From Deltaproteobacteria bacterium (lineage in GTDB: Bacteria; Myxococcota_A; Polyangia; Nannocystales; Nannocystaceae), in the NCBI GenBank assembly GCA_016709225.1, contig JADJEE010000012.1:2179630-2243629 (forward strand): 64,000 nt of DNA, given 5' to 3'. This document shows, in pieces, positions 55,417-64,000 of this stretch. The notes beneath the pieces were generated by a model. The model did not search any database and was not told where the DNA came from. It worked only from the letters and a program-made list of their open reading frames with translations. Numbering within the stretch: position 1 is the first letter of the stretch; each line of letters starts with the position of its first letter. The translations under genes and the position numbers were made by a program.

Positions 55417-56409
55417 ATGCGTGCCGCCGTGATCCACCGCTACGGCGGTCCCGAGGTGTTGTCGCTCGAAGATCGACCCGATCCGAGCGTCGGCGACGAC
55501 GACGTGCTCGTCGCCGTGCACGCGGCAAGCCTGAATCCCATCGACTACAAGCTGCGCGAGCGCAAGGCGTGGCCGCTGCTTCGCCCGCGCTTTCCGGTCG
55601 GCCTCGGCTGCGACGTCGCTGGGGTGGTGCTCGCCACCGGCTCGCGTGTCGAGGGCTTCGCGGTCGGCGACGAGATCTTCGCGCGACTCGAGAAGGACCG
55701 CATGGGCGGCCTGGCCGAGCGCGTGGCGGCGAACGCCACCGTCGTGGCGCGCAAGCCCACGCGTTGCGACTTCGTGCAGGCGGCCTCGATCCCGCTCGCG
55801 GGGCTCACCGCCGTGCAGGCGCTGCGCGAGCACGCCGCGCTACAGCCGGGGCAACGGGTATTGATCCACGCGGGTGCCGGTGGGGTGGGCTCGCTCGCGA
55901 TCCAGATCGCCAAGCTGCTCGGAGCGCACGTGCTCACCACCTGCAGCGAGCGCAACCGAGAGCTCGTGACCGAGCTCGGCGCCGACGAGGTCATCGACTA
56001 CACCCGCGAGGACGTCGCCGCACGCGCGAAGGACGTCGACGTCGTGTTCGACACGCTCGGCGACGCCTCCGAGGTACGCTCTCTCGGCATCGTGCGGCCG
56101 GGGGGCGTGGTGGTGGGCGTGAGCGGCATGCCCGATCCCGACTTCCCGCCGCTGCCGTGGTTCGCGCGGCCCATCGTTCGTTGGCGCACGCGCGCGCGTC
56201 GGAACGCCGCCACTGCGCGCGGTAGCCGATTCGCATATCTGTTCATGCGTCCCGACGGTCGGCAGCTCGCCGAGCTCGCCGCGTGGATCGACGAGGGCCG
56301 AGTGCGACCGATCATCGACCGCGTGTTCCCGCTCGCCGACGTGCGCGAGGCGTTCGCGGAGCTCGAGCGCGGACGCGCGCGCGGCAAGATCGTCGTCACG
56401 ATCGCGTGA
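55417..56409 (+). CDS. NADPH:quinone oxidoreductase / zinc-type alcohol dehydrogenase (MDR superfamily)
   Basis: MRAAVIHRYGGPEVL…, Rossmann fold LIHAGAGGVGSLAIQIAK, C-terminal …RGRARGKIVVTIA. Confidence 0.85.
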   Translation: MRAAVIHRYGGPEVLSLEDRPDPSVGDDDVLVAVHAASLNPIDYKLRERKAWPLLRPRFPVGLGCDVAGVVLATGSRVEGFAVGDEIFARLEKDRMGGLAERVAANATVVARKPTRCDFVQAASIPLAGLTAVQALREHAALQPGQRVLIHAGAGGVGSLAIQIAKLLGAHVLTTCSERNRELVTELGADEVIDYTREDVAARAKDVDVVFDTLGDASEVRSLGIVRPGGVVVGVSGMPDPDFPPLPWFARPIVRWRTRARRNAATARGSRFAYLFMRPDGRQLAELAAWIDEGRVRPIIDRVFPLADVREAFAELERGRARGKIVVTIA

Positions 56410-56570
56410 CGTGCGGTCAGGCGTACGGCGGCCTGCACCGGCTCGGGCCGCGCCGCCAACATCGCCCAAGTCGCGGGGACGCTCGCAGCCTACACTGGTG
56501 GTCCTTGCAAGCCACCGACGACCGACGATGCCTGCGCTTCTGGCAACCCGACACGCGCGCCGTGATCGGC

Positions 56571-57362
56571 ATGCTGCGGCTCGAGCACGAGGACCGCATC
56601 AAGACCACCTGCGCGGAGCACTTCTCGGTCGTCGTGGTCTACGAAGGTGCGTTCGATGGCTGGTACGGTGGCAGCGTGCAAACCCACGTACCGGGTGCGC
56701 TCAAGCTCAAGGAACCCGGCGAGGTCCACCGCGGCGTGCGGGTGCACGCCCCCTTCACCCTGCAGGGCGCCGCGATCGCAGCCGAGCAGATCGCAGCAGC
56801 CGCCGACGCGCTCGGCGTGCGTGGAGCCCCTCACTTCCGCGCCCACGGCTTCGCCCCCGACACGCGCGCCGCCGGGTTCGCTCGCGCGATGCACGAGGCG
56901 CTGACCTCGGCGCGCGCGACCGAGCTCGAGCGCGCCACCCTGGTCGCCGAGACCCTGGCCGAGATCGTCGGCCGACGACGCATGCGACGATCGCTCCGCG
57001 CCGTGCAGCGTGCCCGCGCCTACCTGCGCGAGACCCTGAGCGAGCGCATCACGCTCGACGCGCTCGCCGAGCACGCCGCGCTCGACAAGTTTCATCTCGC
57101 CCGTGCGTTTCGCAGCGAGGTCGGCCTACCGCCCTACGAGTACCTCACGCACTTGCGCGTCGATCGTGCGCGCGAGCTGCTGCGAAACGGTGCGCGCGTC
57201 GCCGAGGTCGCCCACGCGGTCGGGTTCTACGACGAGAGCCAGCTGCACCGACACTTCCGTCGCATCATCGGGGTTGCTCCCGGCGCGTATGCGCGCAGCT
57301 TCGGGAGATCGCGAGCGCGCCGCCAACATCGCCCAAGCCCCGCGCGCGTGCCCGGCGAATGA
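56571..57362 (+). CDS. AraC family transcriptional regulator
   Basis: C-terminal dual HTH (…ITLDALAEHAALDKFHLARAFRSEVGLPPYEYLTHLRVDRARELL…VAEVAHAVGFYDESQLHRHFRRIIGVAPGAYAR). N-terminal start uncertain (ATG 56571 or GTG ~56559). Confidence 0.7.
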   Translation: MLRLEHEDRIKTTCAEHFSVVVVYEGAFDGWYGGSVQTHVPGALKLKEPGEVHRGVRVHAPFTLQGAAIAAEQIAAAADALGVRGAPHFRAHGFAPDTRAAGFARAMHEALTSARATELERATLVAETLAEIVGRRRMRRSLRAVQRARAYLRETLSERITLDALAEHAALDKFHLARAFRSEVGLPPYEYLTHLRVDRARELLRNGARVAEVAHAVGFYDESQLHRHFRRIIGVAPGAYARSFGRSRARRQHRPSPARVPGE

Positions 57363-57371
57363 TCCGATCCA

Positions 57372-58276
57372 TGACCGATCGAGACCACCATGCCCACCCG
57401 CCGGCGACCATCCGACTCGGCGACCTCGAGGTTGCGCGCATGGGCTACGGCGCGATGCGCCTGCCCGGCAAGGACGTGTGGGGCGAGCCCGATGATCCCG
57501 CGCGGGCGCGTGCGGTGCTACGTCGCGCCGTCGAGCTCGGCGTCGAGCTCATCGACACTGCGTGGTTCTACGGGCCGCTGGTCGCCAATCGCCTGATCGC
57601 CCAGGCGCTGCGCCCGTATCCGAGCAATCTGGTGATCGCGACCAAGCTCGGCGGCAAGCGCCTGCCCGACAAGGGCTGGGCACCGGCGCTGCGCCCCGAG
57701 GAGCTGCGCAAGGGCGCCGAGGACGACCTGCGATCGCTGGGCGTCGAGCGGCTCGACGTCGTGCACCTGCGCCACATGCCCGGCGCCGGCGTGCCGCTGA
57801 TGGAGTCGCTCGATGTCCTCGTCGCGCTGCAGGCAGAGGGCAAGATCCGCCACCTCGCGCTCAGCAACGTCGGCGCACGCGAACTCGAGCAAGCACTCGC
57901 GCGCACGCCCATCGTCGCGGTGCAGAACCTCTACAATGTCGGCGGCGGCGACGGACCGATGGCGCGCCAGGCCCACGCCGTGGTCGAAGATCCCGAGGGC
58001 GTGCTCGAGCTGTGTACACGCAAGGGCATCGCGTTCCTGCCGTTCTTCCCGCTCGCGGTCGGCAACATCGCGAGCGAGCGAACCGCCCTCGCGGCCATCG
58101 CCGAGCGCCACCGGGCCAGCCCCGCTCAGATCGCGCTCGCGTGGCTGCTGGCGCGCTCGCCCGTCATGCTGCCGATCCCCGGCACATCCTCGCTCGCGCA
58201 CCTCGAGGAGAACTGGGCCGCGCGCCGCATCGCGCTGACGCCCGACGACGTCGCAGCGCTCGCGGCCGAGGGTTGA
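57372..58276 (+). CDS. Aldo/keto reductase
   Basis: …LIDTAWFYG…, …NLVIATKLG…, …ALSNVG…AVQNLYN…, C-terminal IPGTSSLAHLEEN: AKR catalytic-tetrad context. The AraC stop overlaps an alternative ATG at 57360. Confidence 0.85.
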
Positions 58277-58364
58277 CCAGGGCGCTTCGCGCCACGCGCC
58301 GGCGAGCGCGACCGCCACGCGTGTCGGCGGCGCGAGGCCGGATCGGCCCCGTTGGGGTGGCGCG

Positions 58365-58940
58365 CTAGGGTCCGCACTGCGGTGGCATCGTGCAGTTGCG
58401 CGTCGCGAACTTCCGATCGGCACCGGCCGGCAGCAAGAAGCCGAGCGTGTAGCCGATCGGCATCGGCTGCGGGTCACCCGGGCACGGCGAGCGCATGCGT
58501 TCGATGAACGTCACCGTCGCGCCATCGTCGACGATGATCGTGCCGGCGCCGGCGGGGGACAGCGTGCGGTCCTCCACCATCAGCTGCAGCTTGCCGAAGT
58601 CGATGCCGCTCGCCACGCCGCGCGGGCACGAGAATCGCTTCGCGAATGCGGCCTCGCTGGCGATGGTGCCCAGGCCAGCAGGTCCACTGCGTCCGGTACA
58701 CTCGGTGGGCGCGGCCCACGGTTTCAGCGGCCTCGCGGCCGAGAGCCCCAGCAGGGACGGCGAGCACGGGTCGATGGCCTTGGGCTGTGCCTTCGTTTCG
58801 ACCTTCGTCGCTGCCTCGAGCGCGGCGTCGAGCTCGTGCTTCGGTGGCGGCTGTCGCTCGGGCTTCTCGTCCGGTCGTGAGGAGCACGCGAGCAGCGTGG
58901 TGAGAGCGACGGCGATCCTTCGCGCGTGGGTGCGTCCCAT
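58365..58940 (-). CDS. Hypothetical lipoprotein
   Basis: MGRTHARRIAVALTTLLACSS (lipobox LLAC); 191 aa, 6 Cys. No domain recognised. Confidence 0.5.
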   Translation of the reverse strand: MGRTHARRIAVALTTLLACSSRPDEKPERQPPPKHELDAALEAATKVETKAQPKAIDPCSPSLLGLSAARPLKPWAAPTECTGRSGPAGLGTIASEAAFAKRFSCPRGVASGIDFGKLQLMVEDRTLSPAGAGTIIVDDGATVTFIERMRSPCPGDPQPMPIGYTLGFLLPAGADRKFATRNCTMPPQCGP

Positions 58941-59033
58941 CGCGCGCGAGCATACTCGCTCGCGCGCGGATCTGGCGACGTTGGGGACTCGACGAACCGC
59001 CTGTTCGACGGGCCGGCGCGCCCGGGCACAGCG

Positions 59034-59648
59034 TCAGGGGACGCGCTCGGCCGCGAAGTAGTGGTTCTCGCCCCCGTCGACCCACGACCTCATCGGCGTG
59101 AGCCCGGCCGCGATCATGCGGGCGTGGTACGCCGAAGCGCCGAGCGACTGCGACGATCGTTCGGTCAGTACGTCGGTCCACGAGCACGCCTGCGCGGGCG
59201 CGCTGAAGAGGAAGCGACCTCCGGGTCGCAGCGCCGAGGCCACCCGGTCGATCACCGCCAGCTGCACCGCCTCCGCGAGCAAGAACATCAGGCCGACCGC
59301 GACCACGCCGTCGAAGCTGCGACCGAAGAAGCTCGAGTGCTCGACCGCTTCACAGATGACGCGCGCGTCTGGGCAACGGCGGCGGAACGCCGCCACCAGC
59401 GTCGGTGCGGCGTCGATGCCATGGAGCTCGAAGCCGTCGTCGAGCAGCGCTTGCGAGATCGGTAGGCCGTGGCCGCAGCCGAGATCGAGGATCGACGCGC
59501 CCGGCGTCAGACCTCGGGACCACGCACGCACGGTCTCGAGGCCGATCTCCCCGCGGCCGCGGCGGGTCATGAACTCCGTCGCGACCCCCTCGTAGCCGTT
59601 CGAGGCCGCTTCCGCGCCCACGCAGGTCGGCTCCGGTCGCGCGGCCAT
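59034..59648 (-). CDS. Class I SAM-dependent methyltransferase
   Basis: Motif I ILDLGCGHG, post-I acidic residue, motif II region. Confidence 0.7.
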   Translation of the reverse strand: MAARPEPTCVGAEAASNGYEGVATEFMTRRGRGEIGLETVRAWSRGLTPGASILDLGCGHGLPISQALLDDGFELHGIDAAPTLVAAFRRRCPDARVICEAVEHSSFFGRSFDGVVAVGLMFLLAEAVQLAVIDRVASALRPGGRFLFSAPAQACSWTDVLTERSSQSLGASAYHARMIAAGLTPMRSWVDGGENHYFAAERVP

Positions 59649-59719
59649 GGCACGACGCTAGCAAAGTCGGCGCGCCGATGGCCACCGCGCCGGCCGACGT
59701 GCTAGATGCGACGACAATC

Positions 59720-60586
59720 ATGGCGTGGCGAGCTCTGAAGGTACTCCTGTCGATGTCGTTGGGACTCGTGGCCTGTAGAGCCGGAGTGGTCGGTGAGGCG
59801 GTGCGGCCCGTCGATCCCAAGGGTTCTGCAGCGCTCGACGGCAACCCGACCAAGTGTCGCTCGACCGCAGGCCCAGCCGAGCCGCTCGTGGTCGATTGGA
59901 AGTCCGACGCGCGCGCCGAGCTCGAGCTCGCGATGCGCGGCGGTGTCGTCGTCGTGCGCTACGACTGTGAGCAGCTCGCAGTGCTAGACCGCTGTCGCCT
60001 CGACGGCAGCTACGCGTTTGCTGGCGTGACACGAAAGGAAGAGTCGGTGCAGATCGTCAATCGCGACGAGCTCGCCGCGAACGTACCGCTCGCGAAGGCG
60101 ACCTTCAGCGCCGCCCTCGACCGTGGTAGCAGCCTCGACATCGCGTTGGTGATGATCGGCAAGCAAGCGACGACGGTCGGCTCTGCGATGCGCCCGCAGC
60201 TGCAAGGCGAGTGCGATGGCGCCACCCACTACGTGCGTGGCGCCTACGTCGGCGCATTTGCGCTGCGCACCGGCACCGCCGGCAAGGTTCAGGCGGTGGC
60301 CGACATCTTCGGCGCGGGGATCAAGGCAGGCAGCGCCAGCGATCGCAACACGGCGACGAAGGAGGGCGAGCTCGATGCCTGTCGGGCCGCGACGGCGCGC
60401 GCTGAGGTGCCGCCGGAGCAGTGCGGTGCGGCGATTCGACTGCAGCTCGAGCCGATCGGCGACGCGGGCTCGAAGCCGAGCGACGACAAGGGCGAACGCA
60501 GCCCGTGTCCGTCGGGGATGGCGCTCAGCGAGGGCAAGTGCTCGGCGTCGGTCGCTTCGAAGGCACACCTTTGTGATCCCAAGTGA
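59720..60586 (+). CDS. Hypothetical lipoprotein; possibly the N-terminal part of a frameshifted lipoprotein-Sel1 fusion
   Basis: MAWRALKVLLSMSLGLVAC (lipobox). Ends …CSASVASKAHLCDPK* while the Sel1-repeat ORF continues in the +1 frame from 60573. Confidence 0.5.
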   Translation: MAWRALKVLLSMSLGLVACRAGVVGEAVRPVDPKGSAALDGNPTKCRSTAGPAEPLVVDWKSDARAELELAMRGGVVVVRYDCEQLAVLDRCRLDGSYAFAGVTRKEESVQIVNRDELAANVPLAKATFSAALDRGSSLDIALVMIGKQATTVGSAMRPQLQGECDGATHYVRGAYVGAFALRTGTAGKVQAVADIFGAGIKAGSASDRNTATKEGELDACRAATARAEVPPEQCGAAIRLQLEPIGDAGSKPSDDKGERSPCPSGMALSEGKCSASVASKAHLCDPK

Positions 60587-61547
60587 CAAGGCCGAGTGCG
60601 AGGCGCAGTGCGAGCTCGGCGATTCCGGCAGCTGCTACAACCTCGGCGTGCAGCGTGAGGTCGGCGACCTCGAAGGTGCGCTCACGGCTTACGAGCGCGG
60701 CTGCGACGGCGGAAACGCGCGAGCATGCTCGGCGGCGGGCTTCGCCTGGATGACGCGACGCATGCAGGCCAAAGACGATCAGGCCAAGCTCGACGCACGA
60801 CTGAAGGCCGAGAACCGTCTGGCACAAGCCTGCGATCGCGGCGATGCGTGGACCTGTTGGAACACCTCCACCTGGTACCTGCGCACCGGCGCACTCGAGG
60901 TCTTCCCGCGCGATCCCACGCGCGCGATGTCGTTGCTGCGGCGCGGCTGCGACCTCGGCTACGCGCCGAGCTGCAGCAGCCTCGCCGACACGCTGATGGC
61001 CGGCAAGGACGCGCCGCGCGACGTGCCGGCTGCGCTCGGGCTCTTGGTGCGCGGCTGCGACGGCGGCAGCGCCGAGGATTGCACGCGTCTGGGCGACACC
61101 CAGCGGCAGGGCAAGCTCGTGATGAAGGATCCCGCGGCCGCGGTCGCGGCCTATCGCAAGGGTTGTGATCGCGGCGGCGCGATCGCGTGCTTCAAGGCCG
61201 GCACGATGCTCGCCAACGGCGAAGGCGTGTCGAAGGACGACGCGGCAGCGGTCGCGGTGTGGTCGCAAGCCTGCAACGAGAACATCGCCGGCTGGGACGC
61301 CTGCAAGTCGCTGGGTCAGGCACTCGAGCGTGGCGAGGGCACGGCCAAGGATGCCGAGCGCGCGGCCGTGGCCTACCAGCGTGGCTGCACGCGCGGCGGG
61401 TGCCTGCGCGCCGGCGAGATCTACGAGAAGGGTCTCGGCGTCACGGTGGACTTGACCAAGGCCCGCGAGGCGTACGACCAGGGCTGCAAGCGCTTCGCCG
61501 ACGCGCAGGCGTGCAAGGCCCTGAAGCGCCTCGGCGCAGGTTCGTAG
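60573..61547 (+). CDS. Sel1-like cysteine-rich repeat protein (HcpA-like), lacks own signal peptide
   Basis: Eight ~36-aa repeats, each with a Cys pair (RGCDGGNARACSAAG, QACDRGDAWTCW, RGCDLGYAPSCSSLA, RGCDGGSAEDCTRLG, KGCDRGGAIACFKAG, QACNENIAGWDACKS, RGCTRGGCLRAG, QGCKRFADAQACKAL) of the Sel1/Hcp disulfide-repeat type. GTG start 14 nt inside the upstream ORF in another frame. Confidence 0.55.
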   Translation: MIPSDKAECEAQCELGDSGSCYNLGVQREVGDLEGALTAYERGCDGGNARACSAAGFAWMTRRMQAKDDQAKLDARLKAENRLAQACDRGDAWTCWNTSTWYLRTGALEVFPRDPTRAMSLLRRGCDLGYAPSCSSLADTLMAGKDAPRDVPAALGLLVRGCDGGSAEDCTRLGDTQRQGKLVMKDPAAAVAAYRKGCDRGGAIACFKAGTMLANGEGVSKDDAAAVAVWSQACNENIAGWDACKSLGQALERGEGTAKDAERAAVAYQRGCTRGGCLRAGEIYEKGLGVTVDLTKAREAYDQGCKRFADAQACKALKRLGAGS

Positions 61548-61590
61548 TCGCGGGCCCGCTGCCCGCATCACCGCCGCCCGCGGCGTCGCG

Positions 61591-61986
61591 CTACCAGTCG
61601 CCCAGCTTCTCGAGGACGCCTCGTCGCTTGACGATGTTCTTGTAGTCCCACTGGATCGTCTTCGCCTTGCGCAGGCATCGCTTCACGACACGAGCATCGA
61701 GCTGCGCGAGGTCAGCGAAGCGCAGCTCGGCGGCCTTGAACTTGCCCTCGGCGTGCAGCGCCGGCTCGTCGAACGACTGACCGCTCCAGAACAGCAGCTG
61801 CACGTCCTTCTTCCGCACCCAGTAGCCGACCACGGGGTTGTCGGCGAGAAACCAGACCGGACCTCCGTGCCAGAGCTTGCTCTGTGCGCGGGTGAGCCCT
61901 GCGTCGATCAACGCCGCGAGCGCGTCGCAGATCGCTCGGGCGTCGTCGGTTTGCGCGGCGTTGTAGGCTTCGATGTCCGAGTGCAT
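61591..61986 (-). CDS. DUF1801 (YdhG-like) domain protein
   Basis: 131 aa; MHSDIEAYNAAQTDDARAICDALAALIDAGL…WHGGPVWFLADNPVVGYWVRKKDVQLLFWSGQSF… is typical of the YdhG/DUF1801 fold. Confidence 0.6.
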   Translation of the reverse strand: MHSDIEAYNAAQTDDARAICDALAALIDAGLTRAQSKLWHGGPVWFLADNPVVGYWVRKKDVQLLFWSGQSFDEPALHAEGKFKAAELRFADLAQLDARVVKRCLRKAKTIQWDYKNIVKRRGVLEKLGDW

Positions 61987-62317
61987 GGGGTCCTTCCGTT
62001 GGTGCGGGTGACGATCGCGTGGCCGCGGCCACGGCGAGTCTACACGCCCGTGGCGGCGCGCCACGACCACGCGAGAACGCTGACGCGGCGGAGTTATCGC
62101 GCGCGCGCGGTCCGGCAAGTGGATCGCGGCGGCGCGCGCATCGGCTCGATGGAGATGTACGGCCACACGCACTCGAGCCTTCTGCGAGGGGCCGAGATCG
62201 TCGCCTGAAGCGCGCCTGAGCGTCGATCTCGTTGCCCCGCCCACTTCAGGACGCCGGACACCCCGGAAATCGACCGTGGTCATGCGTCCGTCTGGCCGCG
62301 ACCGGCAACTAGCCTGC

Positions 62318-64000
62318 GTGCGCCGACGTCACGCATTCTCCACCCTGTTGACCCTGGTCGCCGCCGTGAGCGGTTGCGACGTCTACGAGACGCGACCGCA
62401 GGAACCGCCGCAGGGTGACCGTGAGGGCCTGGGCGCGCGGTACGTGACCGCATTCGGCGACACCGTGTCGTTCGAGCTCGATGCCCTCGAGGTGCCGGGC
62501 GACAACGCGGGTGTGCGCGGCTTCGTGGCGATCACCCCGGCGACGCGCTCGCTGATCGCGGCGGTCGTCGTACGCGACGCCGGTGGTCAGGCGTGGCCGC
62601 TCGATGAGCTCCTCGGTGCCGCGCGCATCGACCCCGTACTGCGGCTGCGTTTCGACAACGGCACAGTCATCGACATCCCTGGACGCTCGAGTCTGACCGA
62701 GCTCGCCTTCGACCTCAGCGAGGTGGCACTGCCGCGGGGCACCAACCCCGAGGTCAGCGTGCTGCTCGGCGGTGACAGCATCGGTGGCGGTCACGCGGTT
62801 CACGTCGCGCGCATGGGCGACGTCGACCTCGACGGCGCGGTCGACTCGTCGGACCTCGTGACCCTGTTCGCAGCTGGTCGCTACGAGACCGGCGAAGCCG
62901 CGAGCTACTCCGAGGGCGACTTCAATGCGGACGGCGTGTTCGACTCGAGCGATCTCGTGGCGCTCTTCGGCGGCGGCGACTATCAGGCCCCCGGGGTCGC
63001 GACCCCGAGCGATGACGAGCTGGATGAGGCGCTGATCGTGCGCGACTATCCGCCGTACTGGCTCGCATCGGGGGAGGTCGCCGATGCGCTGTTCGAACGC
63101 CAGGCCGAGGTCGACGATGCACTCGCGTCGGAGAACCTGACCACGCCCCAGCGCGACGCGTTGAACGAGCAGCGCGAGGCACTCACGCGACAGATCGAGG
63201 CGGTCCGCGGTGCCAGCTCGCGACCGGACCTCAACTACAACGACATCGACCTGCTCGGCTACGAAGGATGTGCGGTGACCTGTTGGCTATCGGCGCGTTC
63301 GATTGGCGCAACGCTCTGGGAGGTGGAACGCACCGAATCGGGCACATTCTGCGAACAGTGGCACGACGACGACTGCGCCGGGGAGCTCGCAGTCGACGGG
63401 CGTTTCCCGATGAGCTGTGATCCGGTCGCGGGGCACGGCGGTCACGCGGACGCGCCTGGCATCGAGGGCTGGCTCGACGGCGCGCACTATCAGTACCAGG
63501 CATGCGGTCCGCACGACGTGCAACCACCGCCGCTGGGCTCGGGCAGCTCGGCCGCCACTGCGGAATGCGAGCAGCACGTCGCGTTGACCATGCACTGCGA
63601 GAACTTCGGCAAGGCCTGTGGGCAGACCGGCGCAGGCGCGGCGGCCTGCGACTATCGAGAATCGCGCGAGGCCGACGTCCACATTGGTGCGGCGACGCGA
63701 CGGGCGCAGGGCTCGGTACTCGCGCCGCGGGCCGAGATCAAGGGCAAGGTCCAGTTCTCGTCGACGCTCGAGAGCGAGTTCGGCGTCATGATCACGCCCG
63801 CGACGCAATCATTGACGGGTGTCGGGATCGCGAACTCGGATGACGTGCCCACGGCCAACGACCCCTGCGAGGAACTCGAGGGCGACGCAGTCGGGACCAT
63901 CGGTGTCGAATGCTACATCGAGCAGGAGTTCCTCGCGGCCAAGAAGCCCAAGGTGGCGTGCAAGCTCTTCTTGCGCGGCGAGCTCAAGGCGACGATGTCG
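62318..64000 (+). CDS. Dockerin-containing lipoprotein, 3'-truncated at window edge (not in supplied ORF track)
   Basis: GTG at 62318 gives MRRRHAFSTLLTLVAAVSGC (lipobox AVSGC). The frame stays open for 561 codons to the window end. Paired dockerin-type Ca-binding repeats DVDLDGAVDSSDLVTLFAAG … DFNADGVFDSSDLVALFGGG. Cys-rich C-terminal part. Confidence 0.6.
   Translation, partial: MRRRHAFSTLLTLVAAVSGCDVYETRPQEPPQGDREGLGARYVTAFGDTVSFELDALEVPGDNAGVRGFVAITPATRSLIAAVVVRDAGGQAWPLDELLGAARIDPVLRLRFDNGTVIDIPGRSSLTELAFDLSEVALPRGTNPEVSVLLGGDSIGGGHAVHVARMGDVDLDGAVDSSDLVTLFAAGRYETGEAASYSEGDFNADGVFDSSDLVALFGGGDYQAPGVATPSDDELDEALIVRDYPPYWLASGEVADALFERQAEVDDALASENLTTPQRDALNEQREALTRQIEAVRGASSRPDLNYNDIDLLGYEGCAVTCWLSARSIGATLWEVERTESGTFCEQWHDDDCAGELAVDGRFPMSCDPVAGHGGHADAPGIEGWLDGAHYQYQACGPHDVQPPPLGSGSSAATAECEQHVALTMHCENFGKACGQTGAGAAACDYRESREADVHIGAATRRAQGSVLAPRAEIKGKVQFSSTLESEFGVMITPATQSLTGVGIANSDDVPTANDPCEELEGDAVGTIGVECYIEQEFLAAKKPKVACKLFLRGELKATMS

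Noticed and set aside
56411-58276. 621-aa ORF merging AraC-region antisense frame with the aldo/keto reductase
   Set aside because: The first ~320 aa are Arg/Pro-rich. The AKR domain begins at MTDRDHH (57372) immediately after the AraC stop.
1-64000. tRNA/rRNA genes and mobile elements
   Set aside because: A scan of intergenic regions for T-loop GGTTCGA(A/G)TCC motifs and for transposase/integrase/recombinase-like ORFs found none. The window appears to be core chromosome.

Overview
High-GC (~70%) bacterial chromosomal segment. Gene content looks myxobacterial (Myxococcales-like): many lipoproteins and secreted peptidases (two S41, one S9 prolyl oligopeptidase, an M50, a rhomboid), two paralogous ECF sigma factors (one divergent from a Ser/Thr kinase-TPR protein), a dockerin-bearing lipoprotein, and three TetR-enzyme divergent pairs. 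About 60 protein-coding genes are supported. No rRNA, tRNA, CRISPR array, transposase or integrase was recognised. Most long ORFs in the six-frame track are antisense shadow ORFs (Arg/Pro/Ser/His-rich) caused by the high GC content and were rejected. Gene starts were re-picked inside the track ORFs from signal peptides, RBS spacing and overlaps, and are good to within a few nt. Recognisable genes: a 5'-truncated HlyD-FtsX-ABC exporter followed by wecC and a divergent WecA/MraY-family glycosyl-1-phosphate transferase; an ECF sigma / M50 / S41 / Crp-Fnr region; formate-THF ligase; TetR-SDR, TetR-P450 and TetR-FAD monooxygenase pairs; Dps; cydB with no cydA; GFA; rhomboid; quinone oxidoreductase; AraC-aldo/keto reductase. 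Main item of interest: an 839-aa bacterial major vault protein (MVP) homologue with Vault repeats, shoulder domain and cap-helix, apparently co-transcribed with a secreted right-handed beta-helix lipoprotein. Other notable points: two translationally coupled zinc-ribbon/TM paralogues; candidate TetR operator inverted repeats; a 21-bp coding tandem repeat; a probable frameshifted lipoprotein / Sel1 Cys-rich repeat gene; and a dockerin lipoprotein running off the 3' end that the ORF track does not list.
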